This document shows positions 1 through 9,932 of a DNA stretch of 64,000 nucleotides, piece by piece. The stretch comes from Omnitrophica WOR_2 bacterium RIFOXYA2_FULL_38_17 (GTDB lineage Bacteria > Omnitrophota > Gorgyraeia > Zapsychrales > Zapsychraceae), in NCBI GenBank assembly GCA_001805965.1, contig MHHG01000052.1:13930-77929 (forward strand), given 5' to 3'. The notes beneath the pieces are model-generated. The model saw nothing but the letters and a program-made list of their open reading frames with translations. It did no database searches and had not been told where the DNA came from. Position 1 is the stretch's first letter. Every line of letters begins with the position of its first letter. The translations under genes and the position numbers were made by a program.

Positions 1-66
1 AGAAAAACACAGTTTTAAGGCATGGAAAATACAAAGATGCCTGATTTTTTTAAAAAAAGCAAGAAA

Positions 67-113
67 ACACCACATATAGTACAAAATAGTGCTTGACATA
101 CAAGATATTGTAT
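67..113 (+). promoter_or_regulatory. Tandem NrdR boxes upstream of nrdD
   Basis: acaccacatatagtac (67-82) and atacaagatattgtat (98-113) match the NrdR consensus acaCwAtATaTwGtgt. Their starts are 31 bp apart, directly upstream of a ribonucleotide reductase. Confidence 0.85.
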
Positions 114-121
114 GTAATAAT
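93..121 (+). promoter_or_regulatory. Sigma70-type promoter of nrdD overlapping NrdR box 2
   Basis: ttgaca 93-98, 17-bp spacer, aataat 116-121 preceded by TG at 113-114 (extended -10). Confidence 0.6.
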
Positions 122-237
122 ACATTTATCACGAGGACAAATTCCCAAATATCAGTAATTTTAGATAAGATTCAGCTTTGATATCGGACCGCATTTTTTG
201 ATACATTTCTAAAAAACCTTATGAAGAAAGAGGCCAT

Positions 238-2394
238 ATGGAATACAACGAGGTATTGACAAAAATAATCAAGAGAAACAACCTGGAAGAGAACTTTGAT
301 CCTAAAAAGATCAGAAAAGCTATCCAGAAGGCCGGTGAGGCAACTGGAGAGTTTTCTGAAGCCGTAGCAAAAAAGCTTACAATTAGGGCCCTTTCACTTG
401 CACAACAGTTATTTACCGATCGTTATCCAACAGTTGAAGAGATCCAGGATATTGTTGAAGAGGTCTTGATAGCATCTCCATATAAGAAAACTGCCAGGGC
501 ATATATCGTTTATAGAGATCAACATGCTAAAATCAGGGAGATTACTTCTAAAAGCAATGTAGAGCTTGTAGATCAGTATTTGGACAGAACAGATTGGAAG
601 GTCAACGAGAATAGTAATATGGCCTTTTCTTTGCAAGGTTTGAACCAGTATATTTCATCTGAAATAAGTAAGGTTTACTGGCTTAATAAGATCTATCCGC
701 CTGAAGTCAGGCAGGCGCATCAGAATGGCGATTATCATATTCATGACTTGGGATTGATAAGTGTTTATTGTGTCGGATGGGACCTGTATGATCTTCTGGT
801 AAGCGGATTTACCGGTGCAGCAGGAAAAATGGAATCAAAGCCTGCGAAGCATTTAAGAAGCGCTTTGGGACAAGTTGTTAATTTTTTCTACACGCTACAG
901 GGAGAAGCCGCAGGTGCGCAGGCATTTTCAAATTTTGATACATTAATGGCCCCATTTATCAGATATGATAATATGGGCTATAAAGAAGTTAAACAGGCTC
1001 TTCAGGAGTTTGTTTTTAATGTGAACGTTCCTACCAGAGTTGGTTTTCAGACACCGTTTACAAATATAACCATGGACCTTCATGCGCCAAAATATTATGC
1101 AGATCAGGGTGTTCTGATAGGTGGAAAGATACAGAAGGAAACTTATAAAGAATTTCAGACAGAGATGGATATGTTCAATAAAGCGTTTCTTGAAGTTATG
1201 CTTGAAGGTGACGCAAAGGGGCGTGTTTTTACTTTTCCAATTCCTACCTATAATATTACCCAGGATTTTGATTGGGATAATGCAAATCTTGCTAACTTAT
1301 GGGAAGCCACAGCTAAGTATGGCATACCGTATTTTTCAAATTTTGTTAATTCTGACATGGACCCTGAAGATGCAAGGAGCATGTGCTGCCGTCTAAGGCT
1401 TGATAACAGAGAGCTTAGAAGCCGCGGTGGCGGGCTTTTTGGGGCTTCTCCTTTAACTGGATCTATCGGTGTCGTAACTATCAATTTGCCAAGGATAGGC
1501 TATTTAGCAACAAACGAAGAGAATTTCTTTGAAAGGCTTGCAAACAACATGGAAGTTGCTAAAGAAAGTCTGGAGATCAAAAGAAAGATATTAGAAAAAT
1601 TTACTGAAGGCGGGCTTTATCCTTACATGAAATTTTTCTTAAGGAATATCAAAAAAAGATTTGATCAATATTGGAAAAACCATTTTGCAACTATTGGCTT
1701 GGTAGGTATGAATGAAGCTTGTCTTAATTTCATGGGAAAGAACATTGCAACGCCTGAAGGTCAGGCTTTTGCGGCCAGAGTATTGGACTTCATGAGGGAA
1801 AAATTAGTTAAGACTCAGGAAGAGACCGGAAATAATTATAATTTAGAGGCTACTCCTGCAGAAGGCGTTTCTTACCGCGCAGCTAAGCTTGACAAAGAGT
1901 TGTTCCCCGACATTATCTGCGGAAACCCAAAAGGCTCAAGAGAAGACGCAGAGCCGTTTTATACAAACTCAACACATCTTCCTGTAAACTATACAGATGA
2001 TATTTTCGAAGCATTAGATCTGCAGGATGACCTTCAATCAAGATACACCGGTGGAACAGTATTGCATGGTTTTGTTGGTGAAAAAATAGAATGTATAACT
2101 GGCCTGAAGGCTTTAATAAAAACTATATGCACAAAATATAAATTGCCGTATTTTACAATAACTCCAACATTCAGCGTTTGCCCGGATTGCGGATACATTG
2201 CCGGCGAGCATCAGTTCTGCTCTAAATGTGAGAGCCAGTGTGAAGTTTATTCGCGCGTAGTTGGATATTTAAGGCCGGTACAGCAGTGGAATAAAGGTAA
2301 AAAAGAGGAATTTTTCCAGAGAACGACCTATAAGGCTGACAAAGGCGGAAGATTTTCCGAGACAAAAACGCTGAACGAAGAAAAAGTAAGTTAA
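238..2394 (+). CDS. nrdD: Anaerobic (class III) ribonucleoside-triphosphate reductase with N-terminal ATP cone
   Basis: ATP cone (IIKRN...FDPKKI...VEEIQDIVE), HIHDLG..YCVG, SMCCRL, NLEATPAE, CPDC...CSKC Zn ribbon, glycyl-radical motif SRVVGYL. Confidence 0.97.
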   Translation: MEYNEVLTKIIKRNNLEENFDPKKIRKAIQKAGEATGEFSEAVAKKLTIRALSLAQQLFTDRYPTVEEIQDIVEEVLIASPYKKTARAYIVYRDQHAKIREITSKSNVELVDQYLDRTDWKVNENSNMAFSLQGLNQYISSEISKVYWLNKIYPPEVRQAHQNGDYHIHDLGLISVYCVGWDLYDLLVSGFTGAAGKMESKPAKHLRSALGQVVNFFYTLQGEAAGAQAFSNFDTLMAPFIRYDNMGYKEVKQALQEFVFNVNVPTRVGFQTPFTNITMDLHAPKYYADQGVLIGGKIQKETYKEFQTEMDMFNKAFLEVMLEGDAKGRVFTFPIPTYNITQDFDWDNANLANLWEATAKYGIPYFSNFVNSDMDPEDARSMCCRLRLDNRELRSRGGGLFGASPLTGSIGVVTINLPRIGYLATNEENFFERLANNMEVAKESLEIKRKILEKFTEGGLYPYMKFFLRNIKKRFDQYWKNHFATIGLVGMNEACLNFMGKNIATPEGQAFAARVLDFMREKLVKTQEETGNNYNLEATPAEGVSYRAAKLDKELFPDIICGNPKGSREDAEPFYTNSTHLPVNYTDDIFEALDLQDDLQSRYTGGTVLHGFVGEKIECITGLKALIKTICTKYKLPYFTITPTFSVCPDCGYIAGEHQFCSKCESQCEVYSRVVGYLRPVQQWNKGKKEEFFQRTTYKADKGGRFSETKTLNEEKVS

Positions 2395-2416
2395 TCTAAC
2401 TTATAATAATTTTAAT

Positions 2417-2468
2417 AGTCGTAAGTAGTAAACTGCTTCTTATGTCTCAAAGCTTACTGCTTACGACT
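2417..2468. repeat. 18-bp imperfect inverted repeat between nrdD and nrdG
   Basis: agtcgtaagtagtaaact (2417-2434) versus agcttactgcttacgact (2451-2468), with a 16-nt loop. Confidence 0.7.
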
Positions 2469-2480
2469 TATATTTTTGTC

Positions 2481-3095
2481 ATGAATATCGGCGGATTACA
2501 AAAACTTACTATAATTGATTTCCCCGGCCATATTGCTGCAGTAATATTTTTACAGGGATGTAATTTCAGATGTCCTTATTGTCATAATCCTGAATTAGTT
2601 GACCCAAAACAATTCCAAGAAACAATAGATCAAAACGAGGTTTTGTCTTTTCTCGCAACAAGGAAAGAAAAGCTCACCGGTGTTGTAATTACCGGAGGAG
2701 AGCCGTGTATCCATGAAGGGCTAGTTGGTTTTATTAAGAAAATAAAGGATATGGGTTTTTTAGTTAAGCTAGACACTAACGGGAGCAGGCCCGATGTTTT
2801 GAAAAATGTGATCGATAAGAAGCTGGTTGATTTTATAGCTATGGATGTAAAAGCTCCTCTTGAAAAGTATTTTTTTGTTACCAAAGTAAAAGGGTTTGAA
2901 AATAAAGTAAAGGAAAGTATTCGTTTAGTGATGGATTCCGGTATCAGGCATGAATTCAGGACTACCGTTGCAAGAACTTTGCTTGATGAAAATGATATTG
3001 TGAAAATAAAAGAGCTTGTAGAAAATGATGATAGTTACAGGACCCAGGATTTTGTAAATGGTGATAAAATCCTGGACCCAACTATGTTAGAATAA
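2481..3095 (+). CDS. nrdG: Anaerobic RNR activating enzyme (radical SAM)
   Basis: MNIGGLQKLTIIDFPG start, GCNFRCPYCHN, GVVITGGEP, KLDTNGS; adjacent to nrdD. Start moved to ATG 2481. Confidence 0.93.
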   Translation: MNIGGLQKLTIIDFPGHIAAVIFLQGCNFRCPYCHNPELVDPKQFQETIDQNEVLSFLATRKEKLTGVVITGGEPCIHEGLVGFIKKIKDMGFLVKLDTNGSRPDVLKNVIDKKLVDFIAMDVKAPLEKYFFVTKVKGFENKVKESIRLVMDSGIRHEFRTTVARTLLDENDIVKIKELVENDDSYRTQDFVNGDKILDPTMLE

Positions 3096-3124
3096 TTGAT
3101 ATTGTTCATTATGGTTAAGGTTAT

Positions 3125-3754
3125 ATGTCAAGGAAAAAGAAAAAACATCCGAGTAAAAAAAAGCATATAATAAATGTTAAAAAAGGAAAGTGGTCGGCAA
3201 GTCCCATGGATCTGCCAAGGAAAGTGGGTCTTCCGTCATGGGTTCCTTTATTTAATGCTGCATGGAAGATCGCCTTATTGTGCGTTGTTGTCTTTATTAT
3301 CGTAAAAGTTAAGACCTATGAGGAAGACAAGAACAGTAAAGTTGAAAGAGCTGCTTATGTGGAGAAGCTCTCGCCTTTTGAAATTGCGGAGTGGGAAAAC
3401 AGGTTTAATGGCGGTATTAAGCTGATTGTTTTTAATAACGGGAAGATCAAGCATACAAGCATAGATTCACTGAATGAGGAATTAAGATTTGACTGGTGGG
3501 AAGTTGCAATTAAACCAATTGCCCCTAATCAGTTTACAGGGACAGAGGCAAAAATTGAGATCGAGATACCCCATATAATGTTTGAACCTTCAGGGATAGA
3601 TGACCTGACATTAAAAGGGGAGTTCCGAAGACGGGTTGGAGTGAAGACAGTAATGACAAATCAAAAAGGTTTTGAGATAGTAGCTGAGCTTGTTGAGGAC
3701 AGAGGCAATGAGCTGATACTTATTTTTGGCTTTAATAGTGATAAAGGGCTTTAA
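3125..3754 (+). CDS. Hypothetical membrane-anchored protein
   Basis: 209-aa ORF with a basic N-terminus and one hydrophobic helix (IALLCVVVFIIV); ends 5 bp before ccdA. Confidence 0.7.
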   Translation: MSRKKKKHPSKKKHIINVKKGKWSASPMDLPRKVGLPSWVPLFNAAWKIALLCVVVFIIVKVKTYEEDKNSKVERAAYVEKLSPFEIAEWENRFNGGIKLIVFNNGKIKHTSIDSLNEELRFDWWEVAIKPIAPNQFTGTEAKIEIEIPHIMFEPSGIDDLTLKGEFRRRVGVKTVMTNQKGFEIVAELVEDRGNELILIFGFNSDKGL

Positions 3755-3759
3755 GTTAA

Positions 3760-4434
3760 ATGCAATTAACTGGTAACATATCGGATTATCTTATTGTTTT
3801 TATGGGTGGCGTGCTCGTTAGCTTTACGCCATGTGTTTACCCTGTTCTGCCCTTAACTGCAGCTTTTATTGCAGATGCAAATATAAACGGATCAAAATTG
3901 AGAGGTTTTCTTATCTCTCTTGTTTATGTTTTGGGTATGGCAATTGTGTATAGTCTGCTTGCTGTGATTGCTGCTTTGACAGGCAAAATATTTGGACAAC
4001 TGCAATCCAGCCGGTCAGCCTATTTTATTATTTCCATTCTTTTAGGACTTTTTTCTCTTGTAATGTTTGAAGTTATTAAGATGCCTTCATTGGGATTGTC
4101 TGTAAAAGTGGGGGAGAAACCGACACATATTATTGGTGTTTTTTATGCTGGAATTATCTCTGGATTTGTAGTAGGCTCATGTACTGGTCCCGCTTTGGGA
4201 GCGATATTACCGATCATAGCTTACAAACAGAGTATAGTTTATGGTGCCAGTCTGATGTTTGTTTTTTCATATGGAATGGGGCTTTCATTGATACTTGTCG
4301 GGACGTTCAGCGGTATAATACCTAGTTTGCCTAAGTCCGGAAAATGGCTTATAACGATCAAGAATATTTGTGCAATAATCCTGATGTTGGTTTCTATATA
4401 TTACTTATTAAAAGCTTTATCAATTATCTATTAG
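3760..4434 (+). CDS. ccdA: CcdA/DsbD-type transmembrane thiol-disulfide electron transporter
   Basis: SFTPCVYPVLP and GSCTGPALG cysteine motifs, about 6 TM helices, C-terminal LPKSGKW. Confidence 0.9.
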   Translation: MQLTGNISDYLIVFMGGVLVSFTPCVYPVLPLTAAFIADANINGSKLRGFLISLVYVLGMAIVYSLLAVIAALTGKIFGQLQSSRSAYFIISILLGLFSLVMFEVIKMPSLGLSVKVGEKPTHIIGVFYAGIISGFVVGSCTGPALGAILPIIAYKQSIVYGASLMFVFSYGMGLSLILVGTFSGIIPSLPKSGKWLITIKNICAIILMLVSIYYLLKALSIIY

Positions 4435-4436
4435 AA

Positions 4437-4946
4437 ATGACAAGTAAAATATATTTAATACTATTAATAGTATGCGTGATTTTGATCCCTTCAATTGTCG
4501 CAGCTGAGTTGATCTTTATGGATAATGCAAATGTCGCAAACCCCGCGCCTGATTTTACTTTGAAAAATCTATCTGGGGTTGACTCGAATTTAAATCAATT
4601 TAGGGATAATAAAAGAACGGTTATTTTCTTCTGGGCTACATGGTGCCCTTATTGCAGGAATGAATTGACGGGATTGACTAAAAATAAGGTGGATTTAGAC
4701 AAGAACGGAGTTAAAATACTTTTGGTAAACCTTGGTGAAACCCCGGAAGTTGTTAGTGATTTTGTCGAGAAAAACAATGTTCCTTTCGAAGTCTTGATAG
4801 ATAGCATGACCAGCTCAAAGAAGATTTATGATATTATCGGGTTGCCGACGTTGGTTTTTATTAATACGGATGGTGTTGTTACTGGTGTAAAACACAGTTT
4901 TCCCGAAAATTATATGGATCTTTTAAATAAGATATTCCCCAAGTAG
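4437..4946 (+). CDS. TlpA/ResA-like thioredoxin-fold disulfide reductase, membrane-anchored or exported
   Basis: APDFTL, FWATWCPYC, GLPT cis-Pro loop, N-terminal hydrophobic segment; start ATG 4437. Confidence 0.9.
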   Translation: MTSKIYLILLIVCVILIPSIVAAELIFMDNANVANPAPDFTLKNLSGVDSNLNQFRDNKRTVIFFWATWCPYCRNELTGLTKNKVDLDKNGVKILLVNLGETPEVVSDFVEKNNVPFEVLIDSMTSSKKIYDIIGLPTLVFINTDGVVTGVKHSFPENYMDLLNKIFPK

Positions 4947-5002
4947 TATAATCCCTCATTAATGATGGCTGCTTCCAATGCTTCTCTATTGTTAGGATAT
5001 AA

Positions 5003-5872
5003 TTAGCGCACTTCTTCAAGGATTGATCTTGTCGGTTCAAGTTTATTTAAGCTGTAAAAGTGAAGGCCGGGCGCTCCTCCGGCAAGAAGTTCTTTGCATT
5101 GTTTTATTGCGAAGTTGATCCCCTCTTTTATTGTGGCATCCTTATTATCTGCGATCGGCTCAAATATGTCCTTGATCTCAGCATTTATGGTTGCGCCGCA
5201 AAGGTTGGAAAATTTAATAAGGCCTTCATAATTTGTTATTGGCAGTATGCCCGGAAGTATGCGGGAAGTTACTCCAAGTTTTCTTAATCGCTTCACATAA
5301 TTGAAATAGTGATCATTGTTGAAAAAGAATTGTGTTATTACAAAATCAGCTCCGTTATCAATTTTGATTTTCAGGAATTCAGAGTCTCTGTTCAGGTCTT
5401 TGCAAAGAAGATGCCCTTCAGGAAAACCGGCTACGCCTATTGAAAAATAGTTGTTAAAGTTTTCTTTTATGAAAGAAACAAGCTCGCAGCTGTATTTGAA
5501 ATTTTCTTCAGTAGGCTGCCAGTCAGGATCGTCCATCGGGGGATCGCCTCTTAGGGCAAGGATGTTCTTTATTTGTCGTGATGCTATGTTTTTAACGATA
5601 GTCTTAATGTCATCCTTAGAGTGCAGGACGCAGGTCAAGTGGGCCATCGAAGGGACTTTGTGAGTGTTCTGTATGTGCTCTACCAGGTCCAGTGTTTTTT
5701 CCCTGCTGCCTCCGCCGGCTCCATAGGTGCATGAAATAAAGTCAGGCTTAAGTTCGCAGAGCTGAGCTATTATCTCAATAAGGTTATCTAGACCTTTTTC
5801 AGTCTTTGGGGGGAAGATCTCCAGCGAGAATGTTTTTTCTTTTTCATTAAAAATGTCTGAGATTTTTTTCAT
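5003..5872 (-). CDS. metF: 5,10-methylenetetrahydrofolate reductase
   Basis: SLEIFPPKT, SCTYGAGG, AHLTC, LALRGDPP, GVAGFPEGH, ITQFFF, GLHFYSLN. Confidence 0.96.
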   Translation of the reverse strand: MKKISDIFNEKEKTFSLEIFPPKTEKGLDNLIEIIAQLCELKPDFISCTYGAGGGSREKTLDLVEHIQNTHKVPSMAHLTCVLHSKDDIKTIVKNIASRQIKNILALRGDPPMDDPDWQPTEENFKYSCELVSFIKENFNNYFSIGVAGFPEGHLLCKDLNRDSEFLKIKIDNGADFVITQFFFNNDHYFNYVKRLRKLGVTSRILPGILPITNYEGLIKFSNLCGATINAEIKDIFEPIADNKDATIKEGINFAIKQCKELLAGGAPGLHFYSLNKLEPTRSILEEVR

Positions 5873-5966
5873 AATAATTAAGATTATATGATTTTGAGTT
5901 GCAAACTTAAATTATATCTCATATGATAAAGCGTAATTCAATTTAATCAAAGGAAAATTTAATAAT

Positions 5967-7025
5967 ATGAAAATAGCGGTTGTTACAGGTTCGTCAGGTC
6001 TCATAGGTTCCGAAGCGGTAAAATTCCTTGCAAAAAAGGGAATGAAAATTGTCGGTATTGATAATGATATGCGCAGATATTTTTTCGGGGATGAAGCTTC
6101 GACGGCCTGGAATACTGAAGTGCTCAAAAAAGAGATAAGCGGCTTTGAACACAATGAGATAGATATACGTGATCGCGATGCGCTTGATAAAGTTTTTAGC
6201 CAATACAATACCGATATTGACCTGATCGTTCATACTGCATCGCAGCCGTCCCATGATTGGGCGGCTAAAGAGCCGTTCACGGATTTTACTATAAATGCTA
6301 ACGGCACATTAAACCTGCTTGAGATGACGCGTAAGTATTGCCCGAATTCTGTATTTATTTTTACGAGCACAAATAAAGTTTACGGCGATCTTCCTAACCT
6401 TTTGCCATTGGTCGAGCTTGAAACACGCTGGGAAATTGAAGAGGACCATCCTTTCTTTAAGGGAATTGATGAGACAATGAGCATAGATCAGTCAAAGCAT
6501 TCATTGTTCGGCGCTTCAAAGGTGGCCGCAGATATAGTTGTTCAAGAGTATGGAAGGTATTTTGGCATGAAAACAGTTTCATTCAGAGGTGGATGCTTGA
6601 CAGGGCCAAATCACTCTGGGGCACAGCTTCACGGATTTTTGGCATATCTTATGAAATGTTGCGTGACTGGCGATCAATATACTGTTTTTGGCTACAAGGC
6701 CAAACAAGTCAGGGATAATATCCATAGCAGCGACCTTGTGGATGCCTTTTATGCTTATTATAAAGAACCGCGGATCGCTGAAGTTTATAACATTGGCGGC
6801 GGCAGGGGGAACAGCTGTTCTATGCTTGAAGCGATCAGCTTGTGCGAAGAGGTTTCCGGGAGAAAGCTTGATTATGAATATGTCGAGCAGAACAGGATAG
6901 GTGACCATATTTGGTATATAAGCGATCTGGGAAAATTCGAAAACCATTATCCTCAGTGGAGACAAAACTATTCTCTTAAAGATACGATCGTTCAGATATA
7001 TGAGAATAATGTTGATAGGTGGTAA
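5967..7025 (+). CDS. NAD-dependent NDP-sugar epimerase, CDP-paratose 2-epimerase (RfbE/Tyv)-like
   Basis: [40 protein letters not shown]. Confidence 0.85.
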   Translation: MKIAVVTGSSGLIGSEAVKFLAKKGMKIVGIDNDMRRYFFGDEASTAWNTEVLKKEISGFEHNEIDIRDRDALDKVFSQYNTDIDLIVHTASQPSHDWAAKEPFTDFTINANGTLNLLEMTRKYCPNSVFIFTSTNKVYGDLPNLLPLVELETRWEIEEDHPFFKGIDETMSIDQSKHSLFGASKVAADIVVQEYGRYFGMKTVSFRGGCLTGPNHSGAQLHGFLAYLMKCCVTGDQYTVFGYKAKQVRDNIHSSDLVDAFYAYYKEPRIAEVYNIGGGRGNSCSMLEAISLCEEVSGRKLDYEYVEQNRIGDHIWYISDLGKFENHYPQWRQNYSLKDTIVQIYENNVDRW

Positions 7026-7059
7026 TATTTAATTTTGATAGCTATTGTTAACAAAATAA

Positions 7060-7088
7060 TTGACATAAGGATTCTCAATAAGTATACT
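7060..7088 (+). promoter_or_regulatory. Consensus sigma70 promoter for the B12-uptake unit
   Basis: ttgaca 7060-7065, 17-bp spacer, tatact 7083-7088; strong aggagg RBS before ATG 7117. Confidence 0.75.
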
Positions 7089-7116
7089 GACTTCAAACAT
7101 AAAAGGAGGAGTTAAA

Positions 7117-7617
7117 ATGTTAGCCTATTTATTAATTGTTTTAGGGGTAGTTTCAAGACTTATAGTTCATGTGCCGAATTTTACGCCAGTGATCGCGATC
7201 GCACTGTTCAGTGGTGTTTATCTAAAGAAGAAATATGCTGTTGTGCTTATGTTGGCATTGATGGCAATTACAGATGTGTTTTTAGGATTTCATAATATAA
7301 TGTTCTTTACCTGGGGCAGCTTTGCCTTGATAGCGGTTTTGGGAACAACAATGAAGGGTAAAGTGAATTTCAAGTCGATTTTTTCAGGAAGTTTGTTAGC
7401 AGCGATCTTTTTCTTTGTTGTTACTAATTTTGGTGTTTGGCTGGTATCAGGTATGTATGAAAGATCTTTTGCCGGGCTTGTCACTTGTTTTACAATGGCA
7501 ATCCCGTTCTTTAGATACACGGCAGCAAGCGCATTAATCTATTCATTTGTTTTATTTGGCGGATATGAGCTTATTGCCTCAAGGATCAAAAGTACGCGTT
7601 TAGCTACTGCTCTTTAA
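7117..7617 (+). CDS. BtuM/DUF6580-like small membrane transporter (probable cobalamin uptake)
   Basis: 166-aa all-hydrophobic protein with PNFTPVIAIALF, FFVVTNFGVW and CFTMAIPFF; next to a B12 riboswitch and a TonB receptor. Confidence 0.75.
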   Translation: MLAYLLIVLGVVSRLIVHVPNFTPVIAIALFSGVYLKKKYAVVLMLALMAITDVFLGFHNIMFFTWGSFALIAVLGTTMKGKVNFKSIFSGSLLAAIFFFVVTNFGVWLVSGMYERSFAGLVTCFTMAIPFFRYTAASALIYSFVLFGGYELIASRIKSTRLATAL

Positions 7618-7628
7618 AACTGCTTTCG

Positions 7629-7754
7629 CTGTATAGGCCCTCTTCGAGAGGATAATAAGGAAATACCTGTGATCTGTCTTAGGCAGAGAATCAGGAGCGG
7701 TCCCGCCGCTGTGATAGAGATAAAAGTCTCTTAAGCCAGAATACTGCCATACAG
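7629..7754 (+). ncRNA. Cobalamin riboswitch aptamer (compact)
   Basis: P1 ctgtatagg/ccatacag, aaggaa, cctgtg...aatcagg, gcggtcccgccgctgtg and B12-box-like aagccagaatactgcc; upstream of a BtuB-like gene. Confidence 0.88.
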
Positions 7755-7822
7755 ATAATTATCAAATACTGCGTGCGGACAGTATTAGGTGATCATATAT
7801 TTAGGAAAAAGACTCAGGGTGC

Positions 7823-7859
7823 ACTCCTAATCGATTAAGTTCGATTAGGAGTTTTTTTT
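7823..7859 (+). terminator. Intrinsic terminator (riboswitch attenuator)
   Basis: Perfect 12-bp stem actcctaatcga/tcgattaggagt, 6-nt loop, followed by a T run. Confidence 0.85.
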
Positions 7860-7911
7860 GTACCAGAAAGGTAAATAAATACCCTGGAGTTAAATTAAAA
7901 AGGGAGAAAAC

Positions 7912-9915
7912 GTGAAAAAGAAAATTAGTTTGTTTTTGGTTGCAGTGTTTTTAGTTGTATCGCCAGCAGTGTATGCGCAACAAACGTTTGAAGAGCAATT
8001 AGGGCGAATAATAGTTACAGCAACACGTATTGGCCAGCATGATTATAAGATAACTGGAAATGTCACTGTAATTGACAGGGATCAGATCGAGGCGTCAAAT
8101 GCGCAGAGTGTTCCTGATGTTTTGAAAGAGGCCTTAGGTGTTTCAATCTCAGATAATAGCACGACAAAGACGTCAAAGCTCGATATCAGAGGTTTTGGCG
8201 AAACTGCTGTCAGTAGTGTTTTGTTCCTTGTAAATGACAGAAAGACAAATTCGATTGATATGTCAGGCTCAGACCTTGTGCAGATACCTATTGAATCAGT
8301 TGAAAGAATAGAGATCATTAGAGGTGCTGGTTCTGTTCTTTATGGGGATAATGCTGTCGGAGGGGTTGTCAATATTATTACAAAAAAAGGCGAAGGTGCT
8401 GCTTCTGGCCAGGTTGGTGTTTCCTATGGAAGTTATGATAAAAGAGCGACTAATTTAGAGGTATCCGGAGAGAAGAAAAATATCTCTTATTATGTAAGCT
8501 CAAAATATACCGATGAAAGGGGATATCGTCAGAATAGTGATATGCTGGCTAAGGATTTCAACGGGAGATTTGGCTATAAATTTTCAGATAAAATATCCCT
8601 GGATGTTGAAACGGGCTGGCATGAAGATGATTATGGACAGCCGGGAAGTTTGACAGAGGCGCAGCTTATTTCATTAGGCAGAAGAGGTTCGCCTAATGAA
8701 GATGATACCGCGGCGACAAGGGACAGGTTCATCAATTTCTCATTTGATGTCAATCCATGGCCTGAAGATATGGACTTTGGTAAATTGATCGTTGATGTAA
8801 GCTACAGGAACAGGGATGCTTACACGGATAATGTCGCCTGGTCAAGCACGACAAAGAATCAGATAGACACAAAAGGTGTTAATGCAAAATATACTTTTGA
8901 CAGGACTATATTTGATAAAGAGGTTAATTTTGTTACAGGTATTGATTATTATGATAATGAACATGAAATATTAAGGGAAGCGGGCAGTACAACGGAACTG
9001 GTCATTTCAAAAGAGGAATTTGGTATTTATGGCTTCCTGGAATATGAATTGATCGACGATGTTTTCATTAACGGAGGGACAAGGTTCCATAAAGCGGAAT
9101 ATAATTTCAATCAAAGGAACGGGACTGCAGATGATAGCCAGGACCCTGACAAATGGGTTTCTATGGCAGGGATCAAATATGAATATGCCAAGGGATCCAA
9201 TATTTATGCTAATGTCCAGGAGACCTTCCGGTTTTTAGCAACGGATGAATGGTTCAATACTATCAGCGGGGTTTTGAACTCGGACCTTAAGCAGCAAGAA
9301 GGCATGCAGTATGAGATCGGTTTAAAGCATAATTTTAATGATAAGGTTGAGCTTAATGTTACCCCGTACGTGATCGATATCGAGAATGAGATCTATTATA
9401 ATCCTACAGGCGGTAATTTCGGTTGGGGGGCGAACGAGAATTATGATAAGACCCGCAGGATCGGGGTTGAAGTCGGAAGCAGGTTCAATATCCTGAAGTT
9501 CTTTGACTTTGATTTCTTTAATGACCTGGAATTCTTCACTAATTATACTTATCAAAATCCGCAGTTCCAAAAAGGTGATTATGATGGCGAAGATATTCCT
9601 TTGGTACCAAGGCATCAGGCAGGATTCGGGATCATTGCAAAGTTTCTTGAAAGTTACAATGTTTCATTGTTAGGCCGTTATGTCGGAACAAGATTTGTAG
9701 GCAGTGACACAGCGAATGCCTTAACCCCGCTTAAACCGCATTTTATTGTTGATGGTAAACTTGCATATACAAAAAAGAACATGGAGATCTACGCCGAGGT
9801 GAACAATATCTTTGATGAAGAGTATTCGACCTATGTGTCATCATGGAGCACGACAAAGTATTATTATCCGGCACCTGAAATGAATTTTAATTTTGGGGTT
9901 AATTTGAAGTTCTGA
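7912..9915 (+). CDS. btuB: TonB-dependent receptor, probable cobalamin transporter
   Basis: Signal peptide, TonB box IIVTATR, plug motif IERIEIIRGAGSVLYG..AVGGVVNIITK, NNIFDEEY, C-terminal F; downstream of a B12 riboswitch. Confidence 0.85.
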   Translation: MKKKISLFLVAVFLVVSPAVYAQQTFEEQLGRIIVTATRIGQHDYKITGNVTVIDRDQIEASNAQSVPDVLKEALGVSISDNSTTKTSKLDIRGFGETAVSSVLFLVNDRKTNSIDMSGSDLVQIPIESVERIEIIRGAGSVLYGDNAVGGVVNIITKKGEGAASGQVGVSYGSYDKRATNLEVSGEKKNISYYVSSKYTDERGYRQNSDMLAKDFNGRFGYKFSDKISLDVETGWHEDDYGQPGSLTEAQLISLGRRGSPNEDDTAATRDRFINFSFDVNPWPEDMDFGKLIVDVSYRNRDAYTDNVAWSSTTKNQIDTKGVNAKYTFDRTIFDKEVNFVTGIDYYDNEHEILREAGSTTELVISKEEFGIYGFLEYELIDDVFINGGTRFHKAEYNFNQRNGTADDSQDPDKWVSMAGIKYEYAKGSNIYANVQETFRFLATDEWFNTISGVLNSDLKQQEGMQYEIGLKHNFNDKVELNVTPYVIDIENEIYYNPTGGNFGWGANENYDKTRRIGVEVGSRFNILKFFDFDFFNDLEFFTNYTYQNPQFQKGDYDGEDIPLVPRHQAGFGIIAKFLESYNVSLLGRYVGTRFVGSDTANALTPLKPHFIVDGKLAYTKKNMEIYAEVNNIFDEEYSTYVSSWSTTKYYYPAPEMNFNFGVNLKF

Positions 9916-9932
9916 TAAGATTAAGAAGTAAT

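Noticed and set aside
18-51. aggcat...atgcct followed by a T run, as terminator of an upstream gene
   Set aside because: Only a 6-bp stem with a 13-nt loop, and the upstream gene is outside the window.
5894-5930. Weak palindromes between metF and the epimerase as an operator or SAM riboswitch
   Set aside because: Poor symmetry in AT-rich DNA and no riboswitch core motifs.
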